Notes: generated from the sequence alone by a model not told the origin. A stretch of DNA of 32,000 nt from Pseudomonas sp. NPDC089554 (GCF_050280645.1 NZ_JBNNVR010000017.1:35242-67241), one strand, 5' to 3'. Positions 1-13,240 are shown, counted from the stretch's first letter. Numbers and translations: made by a program.

Positions 1-782
1 ACACCCTGGTGCTGGCCCATGGCGTGGCGGCCATCAGCCTGGTCAAGCACGACGACAAGCCCTTCACCGTGGTCGGCGTGCTGCAACGCACCGGCACCCC
101 GGTGGACCGCACCTTGCACATCAGTCTGGCCGGCATGGAGGCGATCCATGTCGACTGGCACAATGGCGTGCCCGCCCGCGGCGCGGGGCGCATCAGCGCC
201 GACCAGGCACGTGGCATGGACCTGCAACCAAGCGCCATCACCGCCGTTCTGCTCGGTTTGAACAGCAAGATCGCCACCTTCAGCCTGCAACGGGAAATCA
301 ACGAGTACCGCGGCGAGCCGCTGCTGGCGATTCTGCCGGGGGTGGCCCTGCAAGAGCTGTGGAGCCTGATGGGCACGGCGGAACAGGCGCTGTTCGTGGT
401 GTCGCTGTTCGTGGTGCTGACCGGGTTGATCGGCATGCTCACGGCGATTCTCACCAGCCTCAACGAACGCCGCCGGGAAATGGCCATTTTGCGGTCGGTC
501 GGCGCGCGTCCCTGGCATATCGCCGGGCTCCTGGTGCTCGAGGCCCTGGCGCTGGCGGTCAGCGGTATCGTTGCCGGCCTGGGCTTGCTGTATGCCGGTA
601 TCGCCCTGGCCCAGGGGTATGTGCAGGCCAACTATGGGCTATACCTGCCACTGGCGCTGCCCAGCGCGCACGAATGGACGCTGCTGGCTGTTATCCTCGG
701 CGCAGCACTGCTGATGGGCAGCGTGCCAGCGTGGCGCGCCTACCGACAGTCACTGGCCGACGGCCTGTCGATCCACCTTTGA
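1..782 (+). CDS. ABC transporter permease, FtsX/MacB-like (5' end outside the window)
   Basis: The frame-3 ORF is open to the window edge and ends at TGA 780-782. The C-terminal part has several hydrophobic helices and the 'LNERRREMAILRSVGARPWHI' stretch typical of FtsX-domain permeases. It is followed 3 nt later by a DUF3299-like gene. Confidence 0.8.
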   Translation, partial: TLVLAHGVAAISLVKHDDKPFTVVGVLQRTGTPVDRTLHISLAGMEAIHVDWHNGVPARGAGRISADQARGMDLQPSAITAVLLGLNSKIATFSLQREINEYRGEPLLAILPGVALQELWSLMGTAEQALFVVSLFVVLTGLIGMLTAILTSLNERRREMAILRSVGARPWHIAGLLVLEALALAVSGIVAGLGLLYAGIALAQGYVQANYGLYLPLALPSAHEWTLLAVILGAALLMGSVPAWRAYRQSLADGLSIHL

Positions 783-785
783 GAC

Positions 786-1361
786 GTGTCCATGTTCAGC
801 CAGCTTGAAAACACCACCGCGCCCTCGCAGAGGGCGCTGCAGATCCTCCTGTTGCTCCTGCTGGTGCTGATCATCCCGGCCTGGGCAGATGAACCTCGCG
901 AGCTGGATTGGCCAGCGCTGATTCCCGAAGGCGCGCCGGTGATCCCGCCGCAGCTGACGCCGCTGCACAACCTGTCGCAGATGGGCAGCTCGCTGAGTGA
1001 CGCCCTGGCCGCCGAGTCCGCCCCGGCCGCGCACCAGCCAGCGCTCGATGCCCCGGTGGTCAAGGCGCTGGACGGGCAGCAGGTCAAGCTGCCCGGCTAC
1101 ATCGTGCCGCTGGAGGTCAGCGAGGAAGGCCGCACCACCGAGTTCCTGCTGGTGCCTTACTACGGCGCCTGCATCCACGTGCCACCACCGCCGCCGAACC
1201 AGATCGTGCACATCGTCAGCGAGATGGGCGTGCGCGTCGAAGACCTCTACCAGCCCTACTGGATCGAAGGCCGCATGCAGGTCAAGGCCACCCGCAGCGA
1301 GCTGGCGGATGCCGGCTACCAGATGGAAGCCGAGAAAATCTACGCCTATGAGCTGCAGTAG
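786..1361 (+). CDS. DUF3299-like exported protein
   Basis: The start is GTG 786 or ATG 792. There is an N-terminal signal-like hydrophobic run (LLLLLLVLIIPAWA). The C-terminal 'LLVPYYGACIHVPPPPPNQIVHI' motif is one I recognise as DUF3299. It is coupled to the upstream permease. Confidence 0.6.
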   Translation: MSMFSQLENTTAPSQRALQILLLLLLVLIIPAWADEPRELDWPALIPEGAPVIPPQLTPLHNLSQMGSSLSDALAAESAPAAHQPALDAPVVKALDGQQVKLPGYIVPLEVSEEGRTTEFLLVPYYGACIHVPPPPPNQIVHIVSEMGVRVEDLYQPYWIEGRMQVKATRSELADAGYQMEAEKIYAYELQ

Positions 1362-1487
1362 GCGACGGGCGTTTTCTTGAGCCAGATCAATGCTTTCACC
1401 CCCGTGGCTTGAGCTGGGTCAAACCTTCCGTTTAAACGGTTGCGTACCATTGGACTACTCACTTACACACGTCCTTTGGGAGCTTCC

Positions 1488-2171
1488 ATGAACAAGACCT
1501 TGCTCAGCGCCTCACTCATTGCCCTTGCGCTGGCAGCCCCTGTCGCCCACGCCCACAAGGCGGGTGACTTCATCGTTCGCTCCGGCGCCATCACCACCGC
1601 GCCGAACGAAAACAGCGGCGACCTGCGGCTCGACGGCGCCAAGGCCTCGGGCACCAAGGCCACCCTGACCAGCGACACCCAGCTGGGCCTGACCTTCGCC
1701 TACATGCTCACCGACCACGTTGGTATCGAGCTGCTCGCCGCCACGCCGTTCAAGCACGAAGTAGGCGTGAAGGGCCTGGGCGCCGGCCTTGATGGCAAGC
1801 TGGCGGACGTCAAGCAACTGCCACCGACCCTGTCGCTGCAGTACTACCCGCTGGAGGCCGGCTCGAAGTTCCAGCCCTACGCCGGCGTCGGCATCAACTA
1901 CACCCTGTTCTTCGACGAAGACCTGACCGGCAACCGCAAGCAGCAAGGCTTCAGCAACATGAAGGTGCAGGACTCGATCGGCTTCGCCGGCCAGTTGGGC
2001 ATGGACTACATGATCACCGACAACCTGCTGGTGAACGCCGCGGTCTGGTACATGGACATCGACACCAAGGCCACCATCAACGGCCCGACCGCCCTGGGCG
2101 TGGGCAAGACCAAGGTCGACGTGGATGTGGACCCATGGGTCTACATGGTCGGAATCGGCTACAAGTTCTAA
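1488..2171 (+). CDS. oprG: OmpW-family outer membrane protein (OprG-like)
   Basis: ATG 1488 is preceded by GGGAG. The signal peptide is MNKTLLSASLIALALAAPVAHA. 'HKAGDFIVRSG', 'LPPTLSLQYYP' and the C-terminal 'DVDPWVYMVGIGYKF' match OprG/OmpW as I remember it. The C-terminal Phe is typical of a beta-barrel. Confidence 0.85.
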   Translation: MNKTLLSASLIALALAAPVAHAHKAGDFIVRSGAITTAPNENSGDLRLDGAKASGTKATLTSDTQLGLTFAYMLTDHVGIELLAATPFKHEVGVKGLGAGLDGKLADVKQLPPTLSLQYYPLEAGSKFQPYAGVGINYTLFFDEDLTGNRKQQGFSNMKVQDSIGFAGQLGMDYMITDNLLVNAAVWYMDIDTKATINGPTALGVGKTKVDVDVDPWVYMVGIGYKF

Positions 2172-2191
2172 GGGTTTCAGCCCACGGCTAC

Positions 2192-2227
2192 AAAAAAACC
2201 GCCGCTCTCACGAGCGGCGGTCTTTTT
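2192..2227. terminator. Bidirectional rho-independent terminator between convergent oprG and the epimerase gene
   Basis: A7, then a 10-bp stem accgccgctc / gagcggcggt (2198-2207 / 2212-2221) with loop tcac, then ctttttg. Confidence 0.7.
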
Positions 2228-2246
2228 GTGTAAGCACACCTGAAAA

Positions 2247-3179
2247 TCAGGCCTTGCCCAGCAACTTCGCCAGCCCCTCGACCATCGTGGTCGGCTCGGG
2301 GAAGTCGAAACGTGCCAGCAGGCGCGTGTTGTCCGCCCGCGAATGACGGATATCGCCCGAACGCGCCGGCCCATGGCTGACCGCTGGCAGGCTGCCGACC
2401 ACCTTGCCCAGCGCCGCCAGCAACTGGTTCAGCGAAGTGGCCTGGTTCAGGCCGATGTTCACCGCCCCTTCCTCCACCTGCGTCAATTCCAGTGCCTGCA
2501 CCATCACCTTGACCAGGTCGCCGACATAGATGAAGTCGCGGGTCTGCTCGCCATCGCCGAACAGCGTGATCGGCACGCCCTGGGTAGCACGCTCGCAGAA
2601 GATGCTGATCACCCCGGAGTACGGCGAGGAGGGGTCCTGGCGTGGGCCAAAGATGTTGAAGAAGCGAAACACTACCGGCTCCAGGCCATGCTGGCGGCGG
2701 TAGAAGTCCAGGTAATGCTCGCTGGCCAGCTTGTCGGACGCATAGGGGGTCAGCGGTGCCTTGGGCGTGTCCTCGGTAATCGAATGGCCTTCGCCATTGT
2801 TGCCGTACACCGCCGCGCTGGAGGCGTACAGCACCCGGCGCACTCCTTTCAGGCGCATGGCCTCGCACACATTGAGGGTGCCGATGAAGTTGCTCTGGTG
2901 GGTCTTCACCGGGTCCTCGACCGAAGCCTGCACCGAGGCGACCGCCGCCAGGTGCACCACCGCCGCACAACCCTCGACGGCGCGGGCGACCAGCGCCGCG
3001 TCGGCGACATCGCCTTCGATCAATTCCAAGCCCGGGTGGTCGAGGCGCAGGTTGCTGCGCTTGCCGGTGGAGAGGTCATCGAGCACGCGCACCGCGTAGC
3101 CTTTGTCGAGTAACGCATCGCACAGGTGGGAACCAATGAAGCCGGCGCCGCCGGTAATCAGGATGGGAGCATCAGCCAT
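2247..3179 (-). CDS. NAD-dependent epimerase/dehydratase (extended SDR, UDP-hexose 4-epimerase-like)
   Basis: The start is taken at ATG 3179 (MADAPILITGGAGFIGSHL, a Rossmann GxxGxxG). 'YASSAAVYG' and 'PYASDK' (YxxxK) are catalytic motifs. The longer ORF to 3299 is only an upstream extension overlapping the preceding gene. Confidence 0.85.
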   Translation of the reverse strand: MADAPILITGGAGFIGSHLCDALLDKGYAVRVLDDLSTGKRSNLRLDHPGLELIEGDVADAALVARAVEGCAAVVHLAAVASVQASVEDPVKTHQSNFIGTLNVCEAMRLKGVRRVLYASSAAVYGNNGEGHSITEDTPKAPLTPYASDKLASEHYLDFYRRQHGLEPVVFRFFNIFGPRQDPSSPYSGVISIFCERATQGVPITLFGDGEQTRDFIYVGDLVKVMVQALELTQVEEGAVNIGLNQATSLNQLLAALGKVVGSLPAVSHGPARSGDIRHSRADNTRLLARFDFPEPTTMVEGLAKLLGKA

Positions 3180-4056
3180 GGCGGTAGAACCGATCCAGTA
3201 GGGGTGGCAAGCCGGCACGCCAGGCGCGCGGCTTGATACCGAAGGTATGAAGGATTTTCTTGCAGGCCAGCACCGCGTGCTGCGGCTCTTCGCTGGCATC
3301 CGGGCGCGCAGCGTGGGCCTGGGCCGTGGGGGCCTGCACGGCCAGCTTGTGCCACTGGGCGGCCTCGGACAGGATCGCCTGCCCCAGCGCCAGCAGCGTA
3401 GTGGCCTCGTTGCCAGCGTAGTGGTAGGTGCCCCACAGCGGCGCCGTGCAGTCGAGCTGCTTGAGCACCGAGAGGATCACCCGCGCAGCGTCGTCCACCG
3501 GCGTCGGGTTGCCACGCCGATCGTCGGCCAGCAGCAGCTCGTGGGGCTGCTCGGCGCGGGTCAGGAAGCGCCCGAGCGCACCGTCGATGCTTTCATCGAG
3601 CAACCAGCCGAAACGCAGCAGCACATGGTGCGGGCAGGTGGCGCGCACGCTCTGTTCGATGCGCCACAGCGCCTGGCCACGCTGGCCGAGCGGCACCGGC
3701 TCGTCCTTCTCGCTGTAGGCCGTCGCCCGCGAGCCGTCGAACACCCGGTAGCTGGAGGGTTGCACGAGCGTGATCTGGTGGTGCTGGCACAATTCGGCGA
3801 GCCGTTCGACCGCGCGCTCTTGCTGGGCCAGGCGCGAATCGCTGACCGACTCGGCCTGGAACCAGTCGAAGTAATAAGCCAGGTTGACCAGGGCATCGGG
3901 CCGGTGTTCGTCGAGCAGCACCGTAAGGCTCGCCGCATCCCAGCCGTTTTCCGGCGGGCGTGGTGCCAGGAACGCAATGTCTTCCTCGGCCCCAAGACGA
4001 ATCAGCGCTTGCCCGAGGGCATTGCCACCACCCAACAGCATCAGGCGCATACGCAT
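3172..4056 (-). CDS. RmlD-like sugar-nucleotide reductase-related protein (SDR fold)
   Basis: The start is taken at ATG 4056 (MRMRLMLLGGGNALGQALIRLG, Rossmann-like). ATG 4050 is an alternative. It overlaps the downstream epimerase start by 8 nt, so the two form an operon. The family call comes from overall resemblance to dTDP-4-dehydrorhamnose-reductase-related proteins. The start is uncertain because there is no clear SD. Confidence 0.6.
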   Translation of the reverse strand: MRMRLMLLGGGNALGQALIRLGAEEDIAFLAPRPPENGWDAASLTVLLDEHRPDALVNLAYYFDWFQAESVSDSRLAQQERAVERLAELCQHHQITLVQPSSYRVFDGSRATAYSEKDEPVPLGQRGQALWRIEQSVRATCPHHVLLRFGWLLDESIDGALGRFLTRAEQPHELLLADDRRGNPTPVDDAARVILSVLKQLDCTAPLWGTYHYAGNEATTLLALGQAILSEAAQWHKLAVQAPTAQAHAARPDASEEPQHAVLACKKILHTFGIKPRAWRAGLPPLLDRFYRHG

Positions 4057-4240
4057 AGAGTCAGCAGGTCCGCTCAGATCAATTGAAGGAAAAAAGCCAT
4101 TTTGCGGTTTCCGCCCAGGGAAGTCCAACCTGGGGAGTTGGCGCGATGTCGCGTGCAACGCCGAGGCACTGTCGCTATCCTCGTCAGGCGGGGTGATGAC
4201 CTGGCCCCGGCCCTGAAATGGCTTTTTGCACAGAGGCGCA

Positions 4241-5086
4241 ATGGACTTCGCGAGCACCACTCCCCAGCGCAGCACCTGGCAGTACGACGAGCCAGCCCCG
4301 GGCACCGAACGCTTCGTCACCGAGCAGTTCTATGGCTACCAGCAACAGGCTCGGCTGCTGGTTCCGGATATCGAACGAGCTCCTCCGCTGTTCGTGGTCG
4401 GTGGTGCGCGCTCCGACTTCACCCGCCTCAACCCCTTGCTCTACCGCTTGCAGCAGCACGGCATCGGCTCGCTCTGCGCCAACCTGTCGGGGCACAGCCT
4501 GGCCAGCGAACCCGGTGCGCCAGCTGCAACGCTGGCCATCAACCGCGAGGAGGCCCTGCGCTTTCATCAACATGTCGCCTCGCGCTGCACCACCCTGGTC
4601 GGCCACAGCCTGGGGGGCGCCATTGCCCTGAAGCTGGCGGCGCAGTTGCCTGCGGTAGACACACTGGTGCTGATCTGCCCGGCGGTATACCCCGATGCCG
4701 CCCACGACCAACCCTTCGGCCCGGCCTTCACCCACGCGATCCGCAAGCCCTACGGTTTCCTCGAGTGCGACAGTTATGACTTCCTGCGTCAGTTCCCGGG
4801 GCGCGTGCTGCTGGTGGTCGGTGAATACGACGGGCTGAACTCCAAGGCCTACGGCCAAGGAGCGGGCACATCGGCAGGTACCCGCTGGCTGGCGGGCGTG
4901 CAGCGCTACAGCCCAATTCCCGAGGAGGTCACCCATGCGCTGCTGCGCTCGGTGCCCGCGCCGCATGTGGAATGCCTGATGCTGACCGACTGCGACCACG
5001 GCATTGCCGCGCACCTGCGCGATGCACCGGAAGTGGCGGACTTGGTGGCCGAGACAGTGGCGGGGTTCATTCTTGAGCAGCGCTGA
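4241..5086 (+). CDS. alpha/beta-fold hydrolase
   Basis: ATG 4241 is preferred, since the ORF track start at 4226 is TTG. There is a nucleophile elbow 'GHSLGG', a downstream 'VGEYD' and a late His ('DCDHG'), consistent with a Ser-Asp-His triad. Confidence 0.7.
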   Translation: MDFASTTPQRSTWQYDEPAPGTERFVTEQFYGYQQQARLLVPDIERAPPLFVVGGARSDFTRLNPLLYRLQQHGIGSLCANLSGHSLASEPGAPAATLAINREEALRFHQHVASRCTTLVGHSLGGAIALKLAAQLPAVDTLVLICPAVYPDAAHDQPFGPAFTHAIRKPYGFLECDSYDFLRQFPGRVLLVVGEYDGLNSKAYGQGAGTSAGTRWLAGVQRYSPIPEEVTHALLRSVPAPHVECLMLTDCDHGIAAHLRDAPEVADLVAETVAGFILEQR

Positions 5087-5100
5087 GCGGTGCCCGGTGG

Positions 5101-5913
5101 CTATTCGATCTCGAACAGACCGTTGCTCAGCGGCCCGACGCTCAGGCGTTCGCGCACGTCATCATCGATACGCGGGTCATCCGGGCGGTACAGCTTGACC
5201 TGGCGGTAGGCGTTGATGCGGTTGATTTCCTCGCCCAGGTATTCCCACACCACCCGGGTGCAGGCCGGGTTGCGCCGGTCGCCGCTGGAAACGCCGGTCT
5301 TCAGGCCGTTCAGGCGGCTGATGCAGCTCTTGAAGCTGGGGATGAGGATGGTCTGGCTCATCTCATTGAAGGTCAGCGACTCGTAGTCGATCAGGAACAC
5401 CCGGTCCTGCAACTGGAACGCCGCGCCCAGGTAGCGGCAACGCACTTCACCGTTCTGGCTGGTGGCGGTGCTGCGCTCCTGGCGTTCCTGGCGCTCGAAC
5501 AGGAAGCTGCCGCGTTCTTCCCACAGGTGCACCAGCGACACCAGGATCGACCCCGGCACCGACATGCAGTTGGAGTATTCGAAGTAGTACCCGCAGTAGC
5601 GCGACAGGTTGCCGGCCTGTGCATGCAGGGGCTTGAACAGTTCGCTGATCGGGTCGTCCTGGGTGTTGGCCAGCGCTGTCGGGTTGCGCGCGCCAATCAG
5701 ACGGGCGAACTGTTCCGGTGGTGCAACCAGCTCGAAATCCTCGACCCCGAAGAAGTCGCCGATGCGCTTGAGGTTATAGGTCGTCGGCCGACTCTGGCCG
5801 TTCAAGTAGCGGTTGAACTGCGCACGGTTGATCGACAGCTGCCGGCAAACCTCCGAGATAGAGCGGTAGTGACTGCAAGCGAGCTTGAGGTTGGCGGCGA
5901 AATGATCGGCCAT
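5101..5913 (-). CDS. XRE-family transcriptional regulator with an uncharacterised C-terminal domain
   Basis: ATG 5913 (MADHFAANLK...). The HTH 'SISEVCRQLSINRAQFNRYLNGQSRP' is XRE/Cro-like. It is divergent from the AGCS symporter gene. Confidence 0.75.
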   Translation of the reverse strand: MADHFAANLKLACSHYRSISEVCRQLSINRAQFNRYLNGQSRPTTYNLKRIGDFFGVEDFELVAPPEQFARLIGARNPTALANTQDDPISELFKPLHAQAGNLSRYCGYYFEYSNCMSVPGSILVSLVHLWEERGSFLFERQERQERSTATSQNGEVRCRYLGAAFQLQDRVFLIDYESLTFNEMSQTILIPSFKSCISRLNGLKTGVSSGDRRNPACTRVVWEYLGEEINRINAYRQVKLYRPDDPRIDDDVRERLSVGPLSNGLFEIE

Positions 5914-6093
5914 GAAAAAGCGTTCCGGATGATGCGGGTGACGCAATTCTAGCATCAAGTCGCACCAAAATAGAGCAAGGCGCGAAATTGTAACTATTGG
6001 TGTCATGGCCAACCATGCGCGCAAACGGCAGCGGTACGCCTGTATTACCGCTGGTCATTCCACGCGAAGAATAAGAATCGAGGTCATTTTCCA

Positions 6094-7536
6094 ATGCTCG
6101 AAGCCCTCAACGATTTCCTTTCCGGAAAACTGCTCATCGTGCTGATCGTCGGACTCGGCGGTTACTTCACCATCCGCTCGCGCTTCGTCCAGTTCCGCCA
6201 TTTCGGCCACATGTTCGGCGTTTTCAAGGAATCCCTTCGCGGCCAGGCGGGCCAGCTGAGCTCGTTCCAGGCCCTGATGCTGAGCCTGGCAGGCCGGGTT
6301 GGCGCCGGTAACATCGCCGGTGTCGGCATTGCCGTGACCCTCGGCGGCCCAGGTGCGGTGTTCTGGATGTGGGTCACCGCACTGGTGGGCATGTCCAGCA
6401 GCTTCTTCGAATGCACCCTGGCGCAGGTGTACAAGCGCGCCGATGGCGATGGCCTGTACCGCGGCGGCCCGGCGTACTACATCCAGCACGGCCTGAAGCT
6501 GAAAAGCATGGCGATCGTGTTCTCGATCCTGCTGCTGGTCACCTACGGCTTCGCCTTCATCGGCCTGCAGTCGTACACCGTGACCCACTCGCTGCAGAAC
6601 GCCTTCGCCTTCGACCCGAAACACACCGGTATCGTCCTGGCCGTGCTGCTGGCCATTACCTTCATTGGCGGCATCAAGCGCATCGCGGCGGTGTCCGACC
6701 TGCTGGTACCGGTCAAGACCCTGGCCTACATCGGCGTGACCCTGTACGTGATCGGCACCCAGATCGACCACGTGCCGGCCATGCTGGAGACCATCTTCAA
6801 GAGCGCCTTCGGCCTCGACCCAGCCTTCGCCGGCCTGCTCGGCAGCGCCATCGTCATGGGCGTGAAGCGGGGCGTGTTCGCCAACGAAGCGGGCCTGGGC
6901 AGTGCGCCGAACGTAGCCGCCGTGGCGGCGGTGAAGCACCCGGGCGCGCAAGGCGTGGTCCAGGCCTTCAGCGTGTTCCTCGACACCTTCGTGATCTGCA
7001 CCTGCACTGCGCTGCTGATTCTGTTGTCGGGCTTCTACACCCCGGGCTTCGAAGGTGACGGCATCGTCCTGACCCAGAACTCGCTGGCTGCCGTGGTCGG
7101 TGACTGGGGCCGCGTGTTCGTCAGCGTCGCACTGTCGCTGTTCGTCTTCACCTGCATCCTCTACAACTACTACCTGGGCGAGAACAGCCTGCAATTCATG
7201 ACCCGCAACCGCGCGGTGCTGATGACCTTCCGTGGCCTGGTACTGGCCCTGGTGGTGTGGGGCTCGATGCAAGACCTGTCGACTGTGTTCGCCTTCGCCG
7301 ACATCACCATGACGTGCCTGGCGTTCGTCAACCTGATCGCCCTGGCCCTGCTGTTCAACATCGGCCTGCGGGTGATGCGCGACTACGACCAGCAGCGCAA
7401 GGCCGGCATCAAGCAGCCGGTGTTCGACGCCAGCAAGTTCGCCGACCTGGACCTGGACCGCGCCGCCTGGCCGACCCCTGTTCAAGCTGAAACAGCCGCT
7501 GACAAAATGACTGGCGAACTCCAGCAGCAGCGCTGA
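6094..7536 (+). CDS. alanine/glycine:cation symporter (AGCS family)
   Basis: A 480-aa polytopic membrane protein. 'SSFQALMLSLAGRVGAGNIAGVGIAVTLGGPGAVFWMW' and 'VFANEAGLGSAP' are hallmark AGCS motifs. Confidence 0.9.
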   Translation: MLEALNDFLSGKLLIVLIVGLGGYFTIRSRFVQFRHFGHMFGVFKESLRGQAGQLSSFQALMLSLAGRVGAGNIAGVGIAVTLGGPGAVFWMWVTALVGMSSSFFECTLAQVYKRADGDGLYRGGPAYYIQHGLKLKSMAIVFSILLLVTYGFAFIGLQSYTVTHSLQNAFAFDPKHTGIVLAVLLAITFIGGIKRIAAVSDLLVPVKTLAYIGVTLYVIGTQIDHVPAMLETIFKSAFGLDPAFAGLLGSAIVMGVKRGVFANEAGLGSAPNVAAVAAVKHPGAQGVVQAFSVFLDTFVICTCTALLILLSGFYTPGFEGDGIVLTQNSLAAVVGDWGRVFVSVALSLFVFTCILYNYYLGENSLQFMTRNRAVLMTFRGLVLALVVWGSMQDLSTVFAFADITMTCLAFVNLIALALLFNIGLRVMRDYDQQRKAGIKQPVFDASKFADLDLDRAAWPTPVQAETAADKMTGELQQQR

Positions 7537-7608
7537 TACCCTGCCCCGTCCAGCCGCCCCGCTCGCGGGCGGCTGCCCCCTCCTCGCTCTTCGCAACGGA
7601 ACCTTCCC

Positions 7609-8598
7609 ATGGGTGCAGTGCAGAACCTTCTCGTCCTCTATACCGGCGGCACCATCGGCATGCTTGAGACCCCTTCGGGCCTGGCGCCGGCTGGCGGCTT
7701 CGACGCACGGATGCGTGAACACCTGGCCCAGCGCCCCGAGGCGCCGAAACTGCAATGGACCTTGCGTGAACTGAACCCCTTGCTCGACAGCGCCAACATG
7801 CAGCAAGCCAACTGGCTGGCCATGCGCGATGCCATCGTCGAAGCGGTGGAGCGTGACGGCCATGACGGCGTGCTGGTACTACACGGCACCGACACCCTGG
7901 CCTACAGCGCGGCGGCACTATCGTTCCTGCTGCTGGGCTTGCCGGTGCCGGTGCTGCTGACCGGTTCCATGTTGCCGGCCGGTGCCCCGGGCAGCGATGC
8001 CTGGGACAACCTCTGTGGTGCCCTGGCGCTGTTCGAAAGCGGCCTGCAAGCGGGTGTGCAGCTGTATTTCAATGGCCAACTGCTGCATGGCTGCCGCACC
8101 TCGAAGCTGCGCAGCGAGGCCTTCGACGCCTTCACCGCCCCGGCTCGCCACCGCGAAGGCGAGCACGCCAGCACGATTCCCGCCCACCTCGATTACCGCC
8201 AGCCACGCCAGCCGGTCGACCTGGCGGTGTTGCCGGTGTTCCCGGGCCTGGGTGCGGGGCATGTACGCGGGCTGCTGAGCACTGGCGTGCAGGGTCTGGT
8301 ACTGGAGTGCTATGGCAGCGGTACCGGCCCATCGGACGACCAGGCCCTGCTCGATGTGCTGCATGAGGCGCGTCTGCGTGGGGTGATGATCGTTGCGATC
8401 AGCCAGTGCCCGGAAGGCTCGGTGGTGTTCGACACCTATGCCGCGGGCAGCAAGCTGCGCGATACCGGGCTGGTCAGCGCCGGCGGTATGACCCGCGAGG
8501 CGGCGCTGGGCAAGCTGTTTGCGCTGCTGGGTGCGGGGCTCGAGGTGCAGGTGGCGGAGCATTGGTTCGCGCTGGACCTGTGTGGTGAGCGCGCCTAG
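7609..8598 (+). CDS. ansA: L-asparaginase, type I (cytoplasmic)
   Basis: 'VLYTGGTIGM' (Thr nucleophile motif) and 'LHGTDTLAYSAA' (second Thr motif). The length of about 330 aa is typical of AnsA. Confidence 0.85.
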   Translation: MGAVQNLLVLYTGGTIGMLETPSGLAPAGGFDARMREHLAQRPEAPKLQWTLRELNPLLDSANMQQANWLAMRDAIVEAVERDGHDGVLVLHGTDTLAYSAAALSFLLLGLPVPVLLTGSMLPAGAPGSDAWDNLCGALALFESGLQAGVQLYFNGQLLHGCRTSKLRSEAFDAFTAPARHREGEHASTIPAHLDYRQPRQPVDLAVLPVFPGLGAGHVRGLLSTGVQGLVLECYGSGTGPSDDQALLDVLHEARLRGVMIVAISQCPEGSVVFDTYAAGSKLRDTGLVSAGGMTREAALGKLFALLGAGLEVQVAEHWFALDLCGERA

Positions 8599-8616
8599 CG
8601 TTTCGCCAGTTAGTAC

Positions 8617-8687
8617 GCATTCGCGGGCAAGCCCGCTCCTACAGGCCGGCGCAATACCTGTAGAAGCGGGCTTTCCCGCGAATGCAT
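8617..8687. repeat. Inverted pair of P. putida-type REP elements
   Basis: gcattcgcgggcaagcccgctcctacagg ... cctgtagaagcgggctttcccgcgaatgc. The GCGGGCAAGCCCGCTCCTACAGG core is the species-specific REP consensus as I recall it. Confidence 0.8.
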
Positions 8688-8707
8688 TTGAAGGGTCACA
8701 ACGAAAT

Positions 8708-8803
8708 TGGCGGAAGGCAGCGGGAGTCGAACCTGCCCGGGAACGGCTGCCGTCCCCAACCGGGTTTGAAGCCCGGCCGCGCCACCGGGCGCGATTGCCT
8801 TCC
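8708..8803 (-). tRNA. selC: tRNA-Sec (anticodon UCA)
   Basis: The reverse complement reads GGAAGGCAAUCGCGCCCGGUGGCGCGGCCGGGCUUCAAACCCGGUUGGGGACGGCAGCCGUUCCCGGGCAGGUUCGACUCCCGCUGCCUUCCGCCA. It has an 8-bp acceptor stem (GGAAGGCA/UGCCUUCC), anticodon loop CUUCAAA, a long variable arm, an encoded CCA and a length of 96 nt. It closely resembles E. coli selC and lies 7 nt from the selB stop. Confidence 0.95.
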
Positions 8804-8809
8804 TTGAAC

Positions 8810-12266
<3,457 letters not shown>

Positions 12267-12298
12267 GCGACTCGGTATTGAAGTGTAGACGCCGCCCG

Positions 12299-13240
12299 TC
12301 ACCCCGGCGCCAGCAGCAGGTTCGGCGCCAGGCGCTGGAAGCCTTCGTCATCCAGGCGGATATCCAGTGCCAGGCTGGCCAGATCATCGGCCAGCGCGTC
12401 ACCGCCCGCGTCGTTCTCCAGGTAGCAATGCTTGAGGTAGGTGTTGCACCCCGGACAGCATTCGGCACGCAGCGGCGCCTTGCCCGGCGCATGGCGGTCG
12501 TCTTCCAGGCTGGTGTAGCGCAAATCCTTGCTCGACTCGCAGTACACGCACTTGACCCGCACCACGTGCCACTCGCAAGCGCACAACGAGCAGGCCAGGT
12601 AGCGCAGGCCGTTGTGCTTGCCGCGGTTGCGCACCAGCCCGGCCATGGCCGGCGAGCCGCAGGCAGGGCATTGGCCCAGGCTGCCCGCAGGCTTGAGCTC
12701 CGTCGCCGGTAGCGCCAGCAGCCAGCTGGACCAAGCCGCTTGCAGCGCCGCACCGATGAACGGCACCAGCGCCGGCGGCACAGCATCGTACTGCCCACCG
12801 AGCAAAGCGATGCCCCAGCCTTTGCGCTGGGTTTCATCACTCGCGCGCAACGCTCGCAGCGCTTCGGCCAAGGGCCCTGAAGCTGGAGCCTGGAGTTCGT
12901 CTATCAACGCCTGCAACCACACCAGCCAGGCCCCTTCGCGCACCAGGCTGTCGGCCGCCAGGGGTGGCAACCCGTGGTTCAGGCACAAGCGTTGACGCGC
13001 CTCGGCCACCGGTAGGTCGCTGGGTGGATGGTCCACCAGGCGCTGCTGAAGATGACAAAGCTGGGCGACCAGGCGCAGGTAGTCCCCCAGCGCATGGCCT
13101 TCGGCAAGCCGCTCCAGGCGCGCGGCGCGCAGTTCGAACAGGTTGGCGGGCGGCAGGTGCAGGAAAGGCGGCATCACCGCCGAGGCTTCGATCTGCCCAG
13201 GTTCGAGTATCGTGCTCAAGCGTTCATCCTTCTTTTCCAC
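12299..13240 (-). CDS. fdhE: formate dehydrogenase accessory protein FdhE
   Basis: There are four CxxC-type clusters (CPACGS, CSLCACEW, CVYCES, CPGCNTYLK) and an 'LGDYLRLVAQL' region as in FdhE. ATG 13240 overlaps fdoI by 17 nt. The alternative TTG 13219, preceded by AAGGA, would begin 4 nt downstream of the fdoI stop with no overlap. Confidence 0.85.
   Translation of the reverse strand: MEKKDERLSTILEPGQIEASAVMPPFLHLPPANLFELRAARLERLAEGHALGDYLRLVAQLCHLQQRLVDHPPSDLPVAEARQRLCLNHGLPPLAADSLVREGAWLVWLQALIDELQAPASGPLAEALRALRASDETQRKGWGIALLGGQYDAVPPALVPFIGAALQAAWSSWLLALPATELKPAGSLGQCPACGSPAMAGLVRNRGKHNGLRYLACSLCACEWHVVRVKCVYCESSKDLRYTSLEDDRHAPGKAPLRAECCPGCNTYLKHCYLENDAGGDALADDLASLALDIRLDDEGFQRLAPNLLLAPG

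Noticed and set aside
7551-7575. GC-rich hairpin (cagccgccc / gggcggctg, 7-nt loop) between the symporter gene and ansA
   Set aside because: No U-tract follows it, so it is not a convincing intrinsic terminator. It could be a weak attenuator or just GC-rich palindromic sequence. The support is too weak to list it as a feature.
6055-7863. 602-aa ORF on the minus strand, antisense to the AGCS symporter and the ansA start
   Set aside because: The sequence is Arg/Ala/Gly/His-rich and low-complexity, typical of antisense frames in high-GC DNA. It fully overlaps two genes that have strong family motifs. It has no recognisable motif or SD.
8708-8803. selC as the integration site of a genomic island, as in enterobacterial pathogenicity islands
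   Set aside because: Both flanks of the tRNA are GC-rich core sequence: selB on one side, a REP pair and ansA on the other. The island begins about 9 kb away, beyond fdoG, and no partial tRNA duplication is visible.
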